47,909 nt of DNA from a virus. Taxonomy: Duplodnaviria > Heunggongvirae > Uroviricota > Caudoviricetes. The stretch is from the IMG/VR virus record IMGVR_UViG_2718218171_000003, positions 1 through 47,909 of that record. The stretch is one strand, 5' to 3'. Within the stretch, counting starts at the first letter, position 1, and each line of letters opens with the position of its first letter. Under the pieces are notes generated by a model. The model did not search any database. It was not told where the DNA came from and was given only the letters and a program-made list of their open reading frames with translations. A program made the translations under genes and the position numbers. Positions 17,814-32,196 of this stretch are shown here, one piece after another.

Positions 17814-20371
17814 CGTCCACCTCCGGAGAACAGACCACCATCACGCATCTGCCCGGTCACAACATCCATTGCCGCCTTACGGGCTACGTCATAAACCGCC
17901 TTCAGCGCCTGTGGCCCTATCTGACCGTTCGTGCCGTCGTTGTTAATCACCACATGGTTATTCTGCTCAAACTTTCCGGACGCCTGCGACCGACTGTCCG
18001 CCATGCTGCCCGGTGTACCGACATAACCGCCGGTGGCATAGCCGCGCATCAGCCGGTAAAGATTCCCCACGCCAATCCGGCTGGTTGCCTCCTTCGTGAA
18101 GACAAATTCACCACGGTGAACAATCCCCGCTGGCTCATATTTGCCGCCGGTTCCCGTAAATCCTCCGGTCGCAAAATGGAGTTTCGCCGCAGCTGCCTGA
18201 ATGGCTGCACCACCTGACGCTGATGAGCCGCCACCGGTAGCACCTCCAATGGCGCTGCCGATACTCCCGACAATCCCCACCATTGCCTGCTTAAGCAGAA
18301 TTTCTGTCATCATGGACAGCACGGAACGGGTGAAGCTGCGCCAGTTCTGTTCACTGCCGGTCAGCATCGCCGCCATATTCTGTGCAATACCATCAAAGGT
18401 CTGCGTGGCTGCACTTTTAACCTGCGACATACTGTCCGTGGCGCTCTCTTCCCACTCACTCCAGCCTGACTTGAGGCCTGCCATCCAGCTCCCGCGAAGC
18501 TGGTCTTCAGCCGCCCAGGTCTTTTTCTGCTCTGACATGACGCTATTCAGCGCCAGCGGATTATCGCCATACTGTTCCTTCAGACGCTGTTCCGTGGCGT
18601 CTCGCGCTGCCTGCCGGTCAGTCAGCCCCCGGTTTTTCGCATCAATGGCTGCCCGTTTTGCCCGTTGTTGCTGTGCGAATTTATCCGCCTGCTGCGCCAG
18701 CGCATTCAGGTGCTCCTGATACGTGACCTTATCGCCAAGTGCAGCCAGCTGGCGTTTGTACTCCAGCGTCTCGTCTTTATGCGCCAGCAGGGATTTCTCC
18801 TGTGCGGACAGCTGGCGACGTTGTGCCGCCTCCTCCAGTACCGCGAACTGACTTTCTGCCTTCCATAAATCCCGGCGCTGCTGGCTGATTTTCTCATTCG
18901 CTCCGGCATGCTTCTCCAGTGTCCGGAGTTCTGCCTGAAGCGTCAGCAGGGCAGCATGAGCATTGTCTTCCTGACGATCGCCCGCAGACACCTTCATGCC
19001 GGACTGTTTCGGCTTTTTCAGCGTCGCTTCATAATCCTTTTTCGCCGCCGCCATCAGCGTGTTGTAATCTGCCTGCAGGATTTTCCCGTCTTTCAGTGCC
19101 TTGTTCAGTTCTTCCTGACGGGCGGTATATTTCTCCAGCGGCGTCTGCAGCCGTTCGTAAGCCTTCTGCGCCTCTTCGGTATATTTCAGCCGTGACGCTT
19201 CGGTATCGCTCTGCTGCTGCGCATTTTTGTCCTGTTGACTCTGCTGTTCAGCCTTCTTTCGGGCGGCTTCAAGCGCAAGACGGGCCTTTTCACGATCATC
19301 CCAGTAACGCGCCCGCGCTTCATCGTTAACAAAATAATCATCCTTACGCAGATTCCAGATGTCGTCCGCTTTCTTAAATGCGGCCTCTGCCTTAATCAGC
19401 ATCTCCTGAGCGGTATCAGGACGACCAATATCCAGCACCGCATCCCACATGGATTTGAATGCCCGTGCAGTCCTGTCTGCCCAGGTCTCCAGCGTGCCCA
19501 TGTTCTCTTTCAGGCGGCGGGTCTGGTCATCAAACCCTTTCGTTGCGGCCTCGTTCGCCGCCTGCAATGCCCCGGCTTCATCGCCGGAACGCTGCAACTG
19601 AGCAACATACGCAATCTGCTCCGCCGTCACGTTATGGAACTGGCGCGCCATCGCCGTCAGCCCCGACGTCGGGTCAGTGGTCAGCTTCCCGAAGGCTTCA
19701 GCGACCTTGTCCACCTCCACGCCGGATGCAGAGGAGAAACGCGCCACACTCTGGCTGATGGACGCAATCTGAGCCTCACCGCTTACCCCCGCCTTAACCA
19801 GTGCACTGAGTGACTCGCTGGTCTGGTTAAACGTCAGCCCTGCCGCCTGCCCGGCTCTGGACAGGACCAGCATACGATCTGCCGTCAGACCTGACTGATG
19901 ACCGGAAAGGACCAGCGTTTTGTTGAACTCAGACAGGGTTGAGTTGCCCTGATACCAGGCGTACGCCAGCGCACCGGTCGCCACTGCCAGCGAGGTGGCC
20001 CCGACCATCGGCAGGGTGATCGCACCGGCAAGCCCCCTGAACATGGGGATCATCCCGCCGAAGGAGTCCTTAACCTGACCACCCTGTTGCAGCAGGATCA
20101 GCCACGGACTTTGCCCGCCTGCAAGCTGCGTGGCCACGTCGGTGAACTGTGCAGGAAGCATACGCATGGCGGCTTTATACTGTCCGACGGAAATCCCCGC
20201 TTTCTGTGCAGCCAGCGCCTGCCGGTTCATCGACTGTTCAACGACTGCCGCTGTTTTTTTCGCATCACTTTCCGTACCGGAAAAATGACGCCTGACTCTG
20301 GCCATCTGCTCGTCAAATCTGGCCGCATCCAGACTTAAATCAACGACCAGATCGCCTACCGGTTCAGCCAT
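17810..20371 (-). CDS. H: Tail tape measure protein H
   Basis: 853-aa ORF, same length and sequence character as lambda H. Confidence 0.95.
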   Translation of the reverse strand: MAEPVGDLVVDLSLDAARFDEQMARVRRHFSGTESDAKKTAAVVEQSMNRQALAAQKAGISVGQYKAAMRMLPAQFTDVATQLAGGQSPWLILLQQGGQVKDSFGGMIPMFRGLAGAITLPMVGATSLAVATGALAYAWYQGNSTLSEFNKTLVLSGHQSGLTADRMLVLSRAGQAAGLTFNQTSESLSALVKAGVSGEAQIASISQSVARFSSASGVEVDKVAEAFGKLTTDPTSGLTAMARQFHNVTAEQIAYVAQLQRSGDEAGALQAANEAATKGFDDQTRRLKENMGTLETWADRTARAFKSMWDAVLDIGRPDTAQEMLIKAEAAFKKADDIWNLRKDDYFVNDEARARYWDDREKARLALEAARKKAEQQSQQDKNAQQQSDTEASRLKYTEEAQKAYERLQTPLEKYTARQEELNKALKDGKILQADYNTLMAAAKKDYEATLKKPKQSGMKVSAGDRQEDNAHAALLTLQAELRTLEKHAGANEKISQQRRDLWKAESQFAVLEEAAQRRQLSAQEKSLLAHKDETLEYKRQLAALGDKVTYQEHLNALAQQADKFAQQQRAKRAAIDAKNRGLTDRQAARDATEQRLKEQYGDNPLALNSVMSEQKKTWAAEDQLRGSWMAGLKSGWSEWEESATDSMSQVKSAATQTFDGIAQNMAAMLTGSEQNWRSFTRSVLSMMTEILLKQAMVGIVGSIGSAIGGATGGGSSASGGAAIQAAAAKLHFATGGFTGTGGKYEPAGIVHRGEFVFTKEATSRIGVGNLYRLMRGYATGGYVGTPGSMADSRSQASGKFEQNNHVVINNDGTNGQIGPQALKAVYDVARKAAMDVVTGQMRDGGLFSGGGR

Positions 20372-20798
20372 ACCGGACTCCTCCTGCGATCCCTTCTGAT
20401 ACTGTCATCAGCATTACGTCATCCTCCGTCATGCCCGCCATATCCGGGGAAGCGGGGATAACTTCATTTCCGTCCGGGTCAAAGCGGACGCCTCCGGCAA
20501 GCCCTGCCGCTTTCTGCATCAGCACATCATCTTCAGGCTCTTCGTCATCCTCACGCCGGTTCAGCAGACTGAAATCCAGCGGATGCATATCCGGATCGCT
20601 GAAAAACAGGCTGAGCACAGTGTACGTCAGCCCGGAAAAGTGCATATCCAGCAGAACATCATGAAAATAATGGGTACTGTAAAAGCGGTGCCAGTCGGCA
20701 TACTCCGTGGATGACATCCCGGCAAGCATGGCGCGCCAGTCGGGTCGCCCCATCTCACGCGCCAGTTTCAGGGCAAAACTCAGCTCACCGTCGAACAC
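20364..20798 (-). CDS. T: Tail assembly protein T, expressed as a G-T fusion by -1 frameshift
   Basis: ORF in the -1 frame relative to G, beginning at the slippery site; as in lambda G-T. Confidence 0.85.
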   Translation of the reverse strand: MFDGELSFALKLAREMGRPDWRAMLAGMSSTEYADWHRFYSTHYFHDVLLDMHFSGLTYTVLSLFFSDPDMHPLDFSLLNRREDDEEPEDDVLMQKAAGLAGGVRFDPDGNEVIPASPDMAGMTEDDVMLMTVSEGIAGGVRYG

Positions 20799-21202
20799 TT
20801 TCCCGCAGAAACAGGCTCTGCAGGCCCGGCGTCCTCTGCCTGTTCAGGGGCATTATTCACCACAAACTCAGACATACCGGACAGCCGGTACACCACGTTT
20901 TCAGCATGAGAAATTGCCTCTGTGGGCCAGGTGGTAAGCACTTCCTGCTCAATCTGTTTAACGGCCTCATTCATGGACGGCATCTGCGTCTTCTTCGGAT
21001 GGTTATGCCACAGGGACATCGCCACCAGAAACGCGCCGGTTCTGATGACGTCTTCCACAGTAACCTGCCGGTTGCTGTCGGATCCCGCCTGTTCTGCCTG
21101 CCGTTTCATCAGGGCAAGATGCTCAATACGCTGCAGGGCTGACAGTTCAGAAAGCGTGACGGTCACGCCGTTATATTCAAATGATTCGGTTTTCAGGAAC
21201 AT
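20780..21202 (-). CDS. G: Tail assembly chaperone G
   Basis: 140-aa ORF matching lambda G. Confidence 0.95.
   Translation of the reverse strand: MFLKTESFEYNGVTVTLSELSALQRIEHLALMKRQAEQAGSDSNRQVTVEDVIRTGAFLVAMSLWHNHPKKTQMPSMNEAVKQIEQEVLTTWPTEAISHAENVVYRLSGMSEFVVNNAPEQAEDAGPAEPVSAGKCSTVS
20798..20804 (-). promoter_or_regulatory. Slippery heptamer G GGA AAG for programmed -1 ribosomal frameshift (G to G-T)
   Basis: Minus strand GGGAAAG at 20804-20798, in G frame as G-GGA-AAG and in T frame as GGG-AAA-G. Confidence 0.8.
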
Positions 21203-21217
21203 CGCTGACTCTCCGGA

Positions 21218-21958
21218 TTAACTGGCGGTGACGTTGATTTCTGCAACCGCAGCAAACTCACCATTACCGGATACGACCGGAATGTTGACCTTGCCTGCAG
21301 CAACGCCGTTCACGGTGATGGTCATACCACTGACCGACACGGTGGCTTTTGTTTTATCCGAAGACACCGCACGGAAGCTCTTGTCGGTTACGCCTTCCGG
21401 CTGGAATGCCACGGTCAGCGTGGTGCTCTGCCCTTTCACTACGGAAGCACTGGCAGGCGTTACCGTCATGCCGGTTGCCGCCGTCACCGTACTGCGATCT
21501 TCAGCCATCGACGGGCGTCCCACATTGGTGACCTTCACCGTGCGGGTGATCACTTCCTTCGCCGTCACCGCCTTACCGATACTGCTGACCCAGCCACGGA
21601 ACACATCGACCGTGCCGTTCGGGAAGCGGATTTTATAGGCACGGGTATCACCTTCATTAAACCACGCCAGCAGCGCCTGCTGCCCCTGCTCTCCGGGCAT
21701 CCACGCCAGCGTGAAGCTGGTATCTCCGGCAGATTTCTGCCCCTGTCCGGTCGCGGTCCAGTCCGCATCTTCATCATCGAGATAACTGTCGTCATAGGAC
21801 TCAGCGGTCAGTTCGCCGGGCGTCAGGTCTTTAACCTTTGCCAGACGCGACCAGTCATTGTCTGAAAGCGGGTTTGCATAAGGGTCGCCGCTCCCGTTAT
21901 AAACCCACAGTGTGGTCCCGGCCCCTTTCACCGGTGCCAGAGGATTTGGTGTTGGCAT
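21218..21958 (-). CDS. V: Major tail tube protein V
   Basis: 246 aa from [20 protein letters not shown], matching lambda V; track ORF has a 10-codon upstream extension. Confidence 0.95.
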   Translation of the reverse strand: MPTPNPLAPVKGAGTTLWVYNGSGDPYANPLSDNDWSRLAKVKDLTPGELTAESYDDSYLDDEDADWTATGQGQKSAGDTSFTLAWMPGEQGQQALLAWFNEGDTRAYKIRFPNGTVDVFRGWVSSIGKAVTAKEVITRTVKVTNVGRPSMAEDRSTVTAATGMTVTPASASVVKGQSTTLTVAFQPEGVTDKSFRAVSSDKTKATVSVSGMTITVNGVAAGKVNIPVVSGNGEFAAVAEINVTAS

Positions 21959-21965
21959 ATCGTCC

Positions 21966-22361
21966 TCACATTTCATAGGTAATGACATAAGTCAGATCGG
22001 CTGAACTCCACAGGCCCGCATCATCGTCGCGCCGGTAGTCATAGCCACTGGCCACCATACTGGTGATCAAATCTGACAGTGCCGGGATATCGCTCATCAC
22101 CGGATAAATCCGGGACTCCATCCACGCATCCAGCTCTGAATCCGGCACCTGAGCAGGCAGGAAAACTTCAATATGCAGCTCCGCCTGCCAGGTATCGCTG
22201 TCCAGCTCTTCGCCCGTGTATTCAGCGCCGGTGAGATAAACGGCAATTGCCGGAAAATCTTCCTCATCAAAAACAGCGGGGCGACCATCAAAAAGCGTCG
22301 CCCCGGTGTCATGCTTCTCCAGTGCATCCAGTACGGCTGCACGGAGTTCAGTATGTTTCAT
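21966..22361 (-). CDS. U: Tail terminator protein U
   Basis: 131-aa ORF matching lambda U. Confidence 0.95.
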   Translation of the reverse strand: MKHTELRAAVLDALEKHDTGATLFDGRPAVFDEEDFPAIAVYLTGAEYTGEELDSDTWQAELHIEVFLPAQVPDSELDAWMESRIYPVMSDIPALSDLITSMVASGYDYRRDDDAGLWSSADLTYVITYEM

Positions 22362-22936
22362 CGCTTTATTACCATTCTCAGTTGATGCTGCAGCGCATAG
22401 CCCAGCTCTTTCGGAAGACGTTCACGCCGTATCCGTTCAATATTCTGTTTAAACGCCGTGGTCAGCGGCACCGCCACCGGGATTTTCACCACATCAATGG
22501 GGTAACGGTTTTTCCCGGCCACACGCTGCATGACATGCCACCGGCCATTTTTCAGTTGCTGAATAAACGCGCCGGGAATACGACGGTTTCCCACCACAAG
22601 CACGCTGCCGCCACCTTTCAGGGATGAACGCTGCCCCTTTTTACGACGTCTGCGGCGGGAAAGGACAACCCGCGCGTTACCCAGCTTGATTACGGGCAAA
22701 TCCCCCCGGTTAACCCTGATTCTGGCCTGCGGATTTTTGACCGTGGCCCTTTTCAGCCTGGCCCTTTCCTTTACCAGTTTCCGGCGTACCTTTGTCTCAC
22801 GGGCAACCTGTGCCACCGACTGCGATATCGCGGATGAAGCAACGCGGTTAATGGCCATTGCGGCGGCACCGGGCACCGCCGTTCTGCTGATACGGCTGAG
22901 GTTTTCAACGGCCTGCTCAAGACCTTTTATGGCCAT
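22358..22936 (-). CDS. Z: Tail completion protein Z
   Basis: 192-aa ORF matching lambda Z. Confidence 0.95.
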   Translation of the reverse strand: MAIKGLEQAVENLSRISRTAVPGAAAMAINRVASSAISQSVAQVARETKVRRKLVKERARLKRATVKNPQARIRVNRGDLPVIKLGNARVVLSRRRRRKKGQRSSLKGGGSVLVVGNRRIPGAFIQQLKNGRWHVMQRVAGKNRYPIDVVKIPVAVPLTTAFKQNIERIRRERLPKELGYALQHQLRMVIKR

Positions 22937-22947
22937 ACATCCCCCTT

Positions 22948-23301
22948 TCAGCGGCGACGGTTAACGGCAGGCGGTACGCCCCGCCCAAGCCAGAGATGAC
23001 AGCTTCCGCCATCATCCGGCGAAATCCGGTCTATCCAGAAGTTTTCCTCACCGATGGTCAGCGTGTCGCCGCGCCGCAGCTGCCGCACCTCATCAGTCCG
23101 GACAAACAGGGACGGGCTGGAGCCTTCAACGCGCACGCCCTGTCCGGCATAGCTGATATTTTCAGGGTCATCAAAAACACCACGTATCACAGCACCGGAC
23201 TGCTCACCGGATGTCATGGTGGCTGACGTTCCCATGTACCCGCGTATCGTTTCATCGGCGCAGGCAATGGCAGCATCGAACAGGTTATCGAAATCAGCCA
23301 C
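22948..23301 (-). CDS. FII: Head-tail joining protein FII
   Basis: 117-aa ORF matching lambda FII. Confidence 0.95.
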   Translation of the reverse strand: MADFDNLFDAAIACADETIRGYMGTSATMTSGEQSGAVIRGVFDDPENISYAGQGVRVEGSSPSLFVRTDEVRQLRRGDTLTIGEENFWIDRISPDDGGSCHLWLGRGVPPAVNRRR

Positions 23302-23312
23302 AGCGCCTCCCG

Positions 23313-23708
23313 TTATTGCATTCTGGCCAGGCCGCGCTCTGTCATTTCAGCTGCCACACCGGCAGAGACACGGAACGCCGTTCCCGGCAGCACAAATGCC
23401 ACAGCCTCATCCCGCGTGGCGTGAAGTGCATCAGTATGCAGCGTCACCAGTGCCACAACCGTGACCAGATCAGCCGTATCAGTCACGGTATCCGGCTGCG
23501 CTGATACAACCTCATTTTCATGTCCGGTCAGCACATTTTCCGGGCTGAGAGGGGTCTCCTGACCGGCAGTGTCGCCCGTGTCATCAAGCTCTTCTTCCAG
23601 CTCTGCCACACGGAGCGCCAGTTCTTCTTTCGTCCCCGTCAGGCTGATATCACGGTTCAGTTGTTCACCCAGCGAGCGGAGACGGGCAATCAGTTCATCT
23701 TTCGTCAT
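23313..23708 (-). CDS. FI: DNA packaging protein FI
   Basis: 131 aa from MTKDELIARLRSLGEQLNRD, matching lambda FI. Confidence 0.9.
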   Translation of the reverse strand: MTKDELIARLRSLGEQLNRDISLTGTKEELALRVAELEEELDDTGDTAGQETPLSPENVLTGHENEVVSAQPDTVTDTADLVTVVALVTLHTDALHATRDEAVAFVLPGTAFRVSAGVAAEMTERGLARMQ

Positions 23709-23749
23709 GGACTCCTCCACAGAGAAACAATGGCCCCGAAGGGCCATGA

Positions 23750-24775
23750 TTACGCCAGTTGTACAGACACGAACTCATCAGGGTCAGCCAGCAGCATCAG
23801 CGGTGCTGACTGAATCATGGTGAACTCACGCGCCGGGTCGCCGGTGGTCACCCAGTTTTTCGGGTAACGGGCAGAGGCGTTAATGCCTTCGCGCTGTGCG
23901 TCCGCATCCTGAATGCAACCATAGGTGCGCAGACCGCGTGCCTGAGTGTTCCCCAGCACCATCGTGTTGTCCGGCAGGAAGTTCTTTTTGACGCCGTTTT
24001 CCACGTACTGTCCGGAATACACGACGATGGCCACATCGCCATACATTCCCTTATAAGACACCGCTTTGCCCAGGTCTTTTACCGCTGTCTCCAGCTCGGA
24101 ATGAGAGCCGCGACGGGTATCCAGCTTCTCCTTGACGGCCTTGAAGGAACGGAACAGCGCCCAGCCTTTCGGATCAAACACGATGATATTCACCACACCG
24201 CTGGCGTTCAGCGCGTAGGCTTCGATATCGTCGGTCGGGTCATACGTGGACTTGTCACGCTTGCTCCACTCCGTGCCGCCGGACTGCGTGATGTTATTCG
24301 CCGCACTGCGGCCCATATCCACCTCAACCGGATCGAAGGCTTCACCGGTCATGGTGTATTTGCCCTTAAGCACGGCAGAAACTGCCTGCATCTCTTCGAC
24401 CTGGGCAATGGCCAGCTCTTCGTCACGCATGTTCTGCATAATGATGCGACGGCGGCGGTAAGCCGGGTCCGCCAGATTCTGCGGATCTTCATCCGGCAGG
24501 CGACGCAGGGTCATCTGCGGATTCACCTCATGCTTCGGCTTGACATATCCCGGCGTAAATTCAGAGGTGGAGCCGCCACGGGAGCGGATAACCTCACCGG
24601 AAACAATCGGCGAAACGTACAGCGCCATGTTTACCAGTCCCGGAATTTGTGAGAGATAGACTTTCTCCGTGGTGAAGGGATAGCTCTCACGGAAAAAGAG
24701 ACGCAGAAACAGCGGATCAAACTTAAATTTCTGCTCATTTGCCGCCAGCAGCTGGGCGGTTGTGTACATCGACAT
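23750..24775 (-). CDS. E: Major capsid protein E
   Basis: 341 aa from MSMYTTAQLLAANEQKFKFDPLFLRLFFRESYPF, matching lambda E. Confidence 0.95.
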   Translation of the reverse strand: MSMYTTAQLLAANEQKFKFDPLFLRLFFRESYPFTTEKVYLSQIPGLVNMALYVSPIVSGEVIRSRGGSTSEFTPGYVKPKHEVNPQMTLRRLPDEDPQNLADPAYRRRRIIMQNMRDEELAIAQVEEMQAVSAVLKGKYTMTGEAFDPVEVDMGRSAANNITQSGGTEWSKRDKSTYDPTDDIEAYALNASGVVNIIVFDPKGWALFRSFKAVKEKLDTRRGSHSELETAVKDLGKAVSYKGMYGDVAIVVYSGQYVENGVKKNFLPDNTMVLGNTQARGLRTYGCIQDADAQREGINASARYPKNWVTTGDPAREFTMIQSAPLMLLADPDEFVSVQLA

Positions 24776-24830
24776 AAAAAAATCCCGTAAAAAAAGCCGC
24801 ACAGGCGGCCTTTAGTGATGAAGGGTAAAG

Positions 24831-25163
24831 TTAAACGATGCTGATTGCCGTTCCGGCAAACGCGGTCCGTTTTTTCGTCTCGTCGCTGGCAGCCTCCGGC
24901 CAGAGCACATCCTCATAACGAAACGTGCCGGACTTGTAGAACGTCAGCGTGGTGCTGGTCTGGTCAGCAGCAACCGCCAGAATGCCAACGGCAGCACCGT
25001 CGGTGGTGCCATCCCACGCAACCAGCTTACGGGTGGAGGTATCCAGCATCAGCGGGGTCATTGCAGGCGCTTTCGCACTCAATCTGCCAGGCGCGGTTGC
25101 GGTATGAGCCGGGTCACTGTTGCCCAGCGGCTGGTAATGGGTAAAGGTCTCTTTGCTCGTCAT
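24831..25163 (-). CDS. D: Capsid decoration protein D
   Basis: 110 aa from [12 protein letters not shown], matching lambda D. Confidence 0.95.
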   Translation of the reverse strand: MTSKETFTHYQPLGNSDPAHTATAPGRLSAKAPAMTPLMLDTSTRKLVAWDGTTDGAAVGILAVAADQTSTTLTFYKSGTFRYEDVLWPEAASDETKKRTAFAGTAISIV

Positions 25164-25172
25164 AAACATCCC

Positions 25173-25778
25173 TTACACTGGTGTGTTCAGCAAATCATTA
25201 ACGGCATCAGATGCCGGGTTACCTGCCGCCAGCGGTGCCGGTGCCCCCTGCATCAGACGATCCAGCGCAGTGTCACTGCGCGCCTGTGCACTCTGTGGTG
25301 CTGCGGCCAGAATGCGGCGGGCCGTTTCCACGGTCATACCGGGGGTTTCTGCCAGCACGCGTGCCTGTTCTTCGCGTCCGTGAGCCTCCTCACAGTTGAG
25401 GATCCCCATAATGCGGCTGTTTTCTGCCGCAACCGCTGCGGTGATCTGCGCGTTCACGTCCGGCTGCGCCGCGCTGGCGTTTTCGCCCTCCGTCGCTTGC
25501 ACCACGGTGGTGATGTCAGCCTGCGAAGCAGTGGCTGAAACAGTTGTTGATTGGGTCTCTTTGGTCATTCGCCCTCCTGAGAGACGGGATTTACGTGCAT
25601 CCAGTGCATCACGCATGACGGTGATCGCATCGGTGCTGTTAACAAGTTCATCAGCCAGTCCGGCATCAATGGCCTCCTGACCGCTGTACACTGCAGCCTC
25701 GGTATCCAGCACAGCCTGCACGGACAGGCCGGTATATGCCGACACTTTCTGCGCAAACATCTGGCGGGTTGCATCCAT
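25173..25778 (-). CDS. Nu3: Scaffolding protein Nu3 (nested, same frame as the C 3' portion)
   Basis: In-frame internal ATG at 25778 giving MDATRQMFAQKVSAYTGLS...; by analogy with lambda Nu3. Confidence 0.55.
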   Translation of the reverse strand: MDATRQMFAQKVSAYTGLSVQAVLDTEAAVYSGQEAIDAGLADELVNSTDAITVMRDALDARKSRLSGGRMTKETQSTTVSATASQADITTVVQATEGENASAAQPDVNAQITAAVAAENSRIMGILNCEEAHGREEQARVLAETPGMTVETARRILAAAPQSAQARSDTALDRLMQGAPAPLAAGNPASDAVNDLLNTPV

Positions 25779-26472
25779 CCGGGACTGCAGTGTTTCCCGG
25801 ACGTCATCCGGAAGATGGCTGTAGGGGTTGCCATCCACCTTATGGCTGCCGCTGTAAATCAGCGTGATTTCCACGCCCTGTTTCTCCAGCGCAGCACCGT
25901 AATTGCTGTGAGCCATCATGACGCCGATGGAGCCTGTCCGGGCGGTCTGTGTGACCAGACGCCGGGAAGCGGCACTGGCAAGCAACTGACCTGCACTGCA
26001 GTTCATGTCGTTGGCCAGCGCCCATACCGGTTTTATGTCACGCACACGGGCGATGATGTCAGCGCAGTCAAATGCCCCCGCCACCATCCCGCCGGGCGTG
26101 TCCATATCGAGCAGAATGCCGTCCACCATCGGGTCGCTGGCAGCCTGTTGCAGACGGGCGATAATGCCGTTGTAACCGGTCATCCCCGAATACGGCTGCA
26201 GCGCCCGCGTCCGGCTGACCAGCGTGCCGGACACCGGCAGCACGGCGATGCCGTTCATGACCTGATAACTGCGGGCCTGTCGCGGTCCGTCATCATCACC
26301 GGATAACGCCAGCGTCGCGGGTGCCTCTCCGGCAGCCAGGCTGTCACCGGACACCGCATCCGTCAGGCGGCTGATCCCAAGCTGGCCTGCAAGTGCACAA
26401 AAGAAAACCCGCGCATAGGCGGGTTCAAGCATCAGCGGCTCATTAAAGGCCATGCTGGCAATATGCGGGAGA

Positions 26473-26492
<20 letters not shown>
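25173..26492 (-). CDS. C: Prohead protease / head protein C
   Basis: 439 aa from a GTG start (V)TAELRNLPHIASMAFNEP, matching lambda C; overlaps the B 3' end. Confidence 0.9.
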
Positions 26493-30173
<3,681 letters not shown>

Positions 30174-30199
<26 letters not shown>

Positions 30200-30719
30200 T
30201 CAGCAACCCCGGTATCAGTTCATCCAGCGCGGCTGCTTTGTTCATGGCTTTGATGATATCCCGTTTCAGGAAATCAACATGTCGGTTTTCCAGTTCCGGA
30301 AAACGCCGCTGCACCGACAGGGGGATCCCGTCGAGAATACTGGCAATTTCACCTGCGATCCGCGACAGCACGAAAGTACAGAATGCAGTTTCCACCACTT
30401 CAGCGGAGTCTCTGGCATTTTTCAGCTCCTGTGCGTCGGCCTGCGCACGCGTAAGTCGATGGCGTTCGTACTCAATAGTCCCTGGCTGGAGATCTGTCTC
30501 GCTGGCCTGCCGCAGTTCTTCAACTTCCCGGCGCAGCTTTTCGTTCTCAATTTCAGCATCCCTTTCGGCATACCATTTTATGGCGGCGGCAGAGTCATAA
30601 AGCACCTCATTACCCTTGCCACCACCCCGCAGAACGGGCATTCCCTGCTCCTGCCAGTTCTGAATGGTACGGATACTCGCGCCGAAAATGTCAGCCAGCT
30701 GCTTTTTGTTGACTTCCAT
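30174..30719 (-). CDS. Nu1: Terminase small subunit Nu1
   Basis: 181-aa ORF from MEVNKKQLADIFGASIRTIQNWQEQGMPV, matching lambda Nu1. Confidence 0.95.
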
Positions 30720-30724
30720 TGTTC

Positions 30725-30912
30725 ATTCCACGGACAAAAACAGAGAAAGGAAACGACAGAGGCCAAAAGGCCTGTTTTCAGCACCTGTCGTTTCCTTTCT
30801 TTTCAGGGGGTGTTTTAAATAAAAACATTAAGTTACGGAGAAGAAGAACGGAAACGCCTTAAACCGGAAAATTTTCATAAATAGCGAAAACCCGCGCGCC
30901 TTCCGCCCCGTA
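30725..30912 (-). other. cos region: cosB (inverted R-site repeats around an AGGCCAAAAGGCCT palindrome) and cosN
   Basis: GAAAGGAAACGACAG / CTGTCGTTTCCTTTC inverted repeats at about 30745-30799; minus strand GGGCGGAAGGCGCGCGGGTTTTCGCTATTTATGAAAATTTTCCGG resembles the lambda cohesive end region GGGCGGCGACCTCGCGGGTTTTCGCTATTTATGAAAATTTTCCGG. Confidence 0.75.
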
Positions 30913-31084
30913 ACGTTCTGGATTGCCGGAAAGGACCCGAAAATGATAATACATATCAATTACACTTAAAGAGGGAGGTAATTTGTTCACATCAACACTC
31001 CGGACCCAATGGCCTTCTACTCTGGTTTTGCCATAAAATAGTCCTGATACATATTCATATCAGTTAGTCATATACGGAAAAAAT

Positions 31085-31411
31085 ATGGGCATTACTATTT
31101 TCAGCAGTGAAATACAGGATGTTGATAGCGAAGCGATGTACAAGAGTTGGCTAGCGACCCATTCCGATGGATTCGTTATTAATCTGCTTAAGTCGGCCAG
31201 CGGGAAAGGCAGAAAAAGTGATGCCAGATTTACGCGGATTCATCGAGCCTCATGCAAATCAATCAACCCGTTAATCAGCCCAAAAAATCACGCCGGCTTT
31301 ACCACTGGCCGATACCAAAAAGTATGTGTTCTTACGCTTGACGAGGCCGAGTCCACCGCAGGCCAACTAACAGGACTGCCAACCATCCAGAGATGTCATT
31401 GGTGTATATAA
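31085..31411 (+). CDS. Hypothetical 108-aa protein, opposite strand to the lysis genes (bor-equivalent position, not Bor by sequence)
   Basis: ORF with Cys cluster ending QRCHWCI; no match to lambda Bor as recalled. Confidence 0.4.
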   Translation: MGITIFSSEIQDVDSEAMYKSWLATHSDGFVINLLKSASGKGRKSDARFTRIHRASCKSINPLISPKNHAGFTTGRYQKVCVLTLDEAESTAGQLTGLPTIQRCHWCI

Positions 31412-31451
31412 GATACTGCCGTTACGATGGGCCTGCCCATTGTGATGGCAA

Positions 31452-31473
31452 TAAAAAACCGCCCGGAGGCGGC
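31452..31473. terminator. Bidirectional rho-independent terminator between the convergent 67-aa and 108-aa ORFs
   Basis: CCGCC-CGGA-GGCGG hairpin; minus strand followed by TTTTTTATTG, plus strand preceded by AAAAAA and followed by CTTGATTT. Confidence 0.5.
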
Positions 31474-31478
31474 TTGAT

Positions 31479-31682
31479 TTATGGCAACCAGATTACCTCT
31501 ATCCCACTCTTTGAGAATAATTCCAAATCAGCACTAACGCGTGATACGAAATCGAAATTGTCCGCCGGGGTAGAGATTTGGCCCAGTATCCTGTCAGTCC
31601 ACATGGTTGCACCAACCTGTTTAACCATAAATGTCAGGTTACCGCTCGGATGGCTTACGATTTTTGCATAAATTTTAGTCAT
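31479..31682 (-). CDS. Hypothetical 67-aa protein downstream of Rz
   Basis: ORF followed directly by a terminator; size and position resemble small ybcW-type prophage proteins (weak recollection). Confidence 0.4.
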   Translation of the reverse strand: MTKIYAKIVSHPSGNLTFMVKQVGATMWTDRILGQISTPADNFDFVSRVSADLELFSKSGIEVIWLP

Positions 31683-31734
31683 AACATTTCTCCGTAATAT
31701 TCACTAGATATCAACGGCACAATACGCTCTGACT

Positions 31735-32196
31735 TTAGTTAAAACATTGCTTTTTTATATATTCCTGCAGATAACCGACCTGCTTCGTCACTGTGACGAT
31801 TCGCTCTCTGAGGGTGAAATAATCCCGTTCAGCGGAGTCAGTAAGTCGGGGGGCGGTAACATCGCCCAGGCCGCCGGTGCTGGTCGCTCCGTTCGCGGGA
31901 CATCTGGCGTTGAGGTGCAGCCCACACTTGCCAGTGCGAACACAACGCTGCAAATCATCAAGCTGCTTTTTAGCATCAGCTAAGTCCTTCGTGTATTTGG
32001 CATCCAGCGCCGCTGCATCACGCTGGCGGATCTGCATGTCTTTGATGGTGGCGTTCGCCAGCTTCAGTTCTCTGGTGTTTTTGTCGCGCTGCGTTTTGTA
32101 TGTAATAGCGTTATCACGGTAATGATTAACAGCCCATGACAGGCAGACGATGATGCAGATAACCAGAGCGGAGATTATCGCGGTTACTCTGCTCAT
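31735..32196 (-). CDS. Rz: i-spanin Rz
   Basis: 153-aa ORF from [34 protein letters not shown], matching lambda Rz. Confidence 0.95.
   Translation of the reverse strand: MSRVTAIISALVICIIVCLSWAVNHYRDNAITYKTQRDKNTRELKLANATIKDMQIRQRDAAALDAKYTKDLADAKKQLDDLQRCVRTGKCGLHLNARCPANGATSTGGLGDVTAPRLTDSAERDYFTLRERIVTVTKQVGYLQEYIKKQCFN
31788..31976 (-). CDS. Rz1: o-spanin lipoprotein Rz1, embedded in Rz in the +1 frame
   Basis: Lipobox-type N-terminus ...ALASVGC and Pro-rich [17 protein letters not shown] like lambda Rz1; exact start uncertain. Confidence 0.8.
   Translation of the reverse strand: MLKSSLMICSVVFALASVGCTSTPDVPRTERPAPAAWAMLPPPDLLTPLNGIISPSESESSQ

Noticed and set aside
18201-19813. Several 100-190 aa plus-strand ORFs antisense to tape measure gene H
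   Set aside because: All nested in H; compositionally biased antisense frames.
31085-31411. 108-aa ORF as lambda Bor
   Set aside because: Occupies the bor position and orientation but the translation does not resemble the Bor lipoprotein as recalled (no lipobox, different length).
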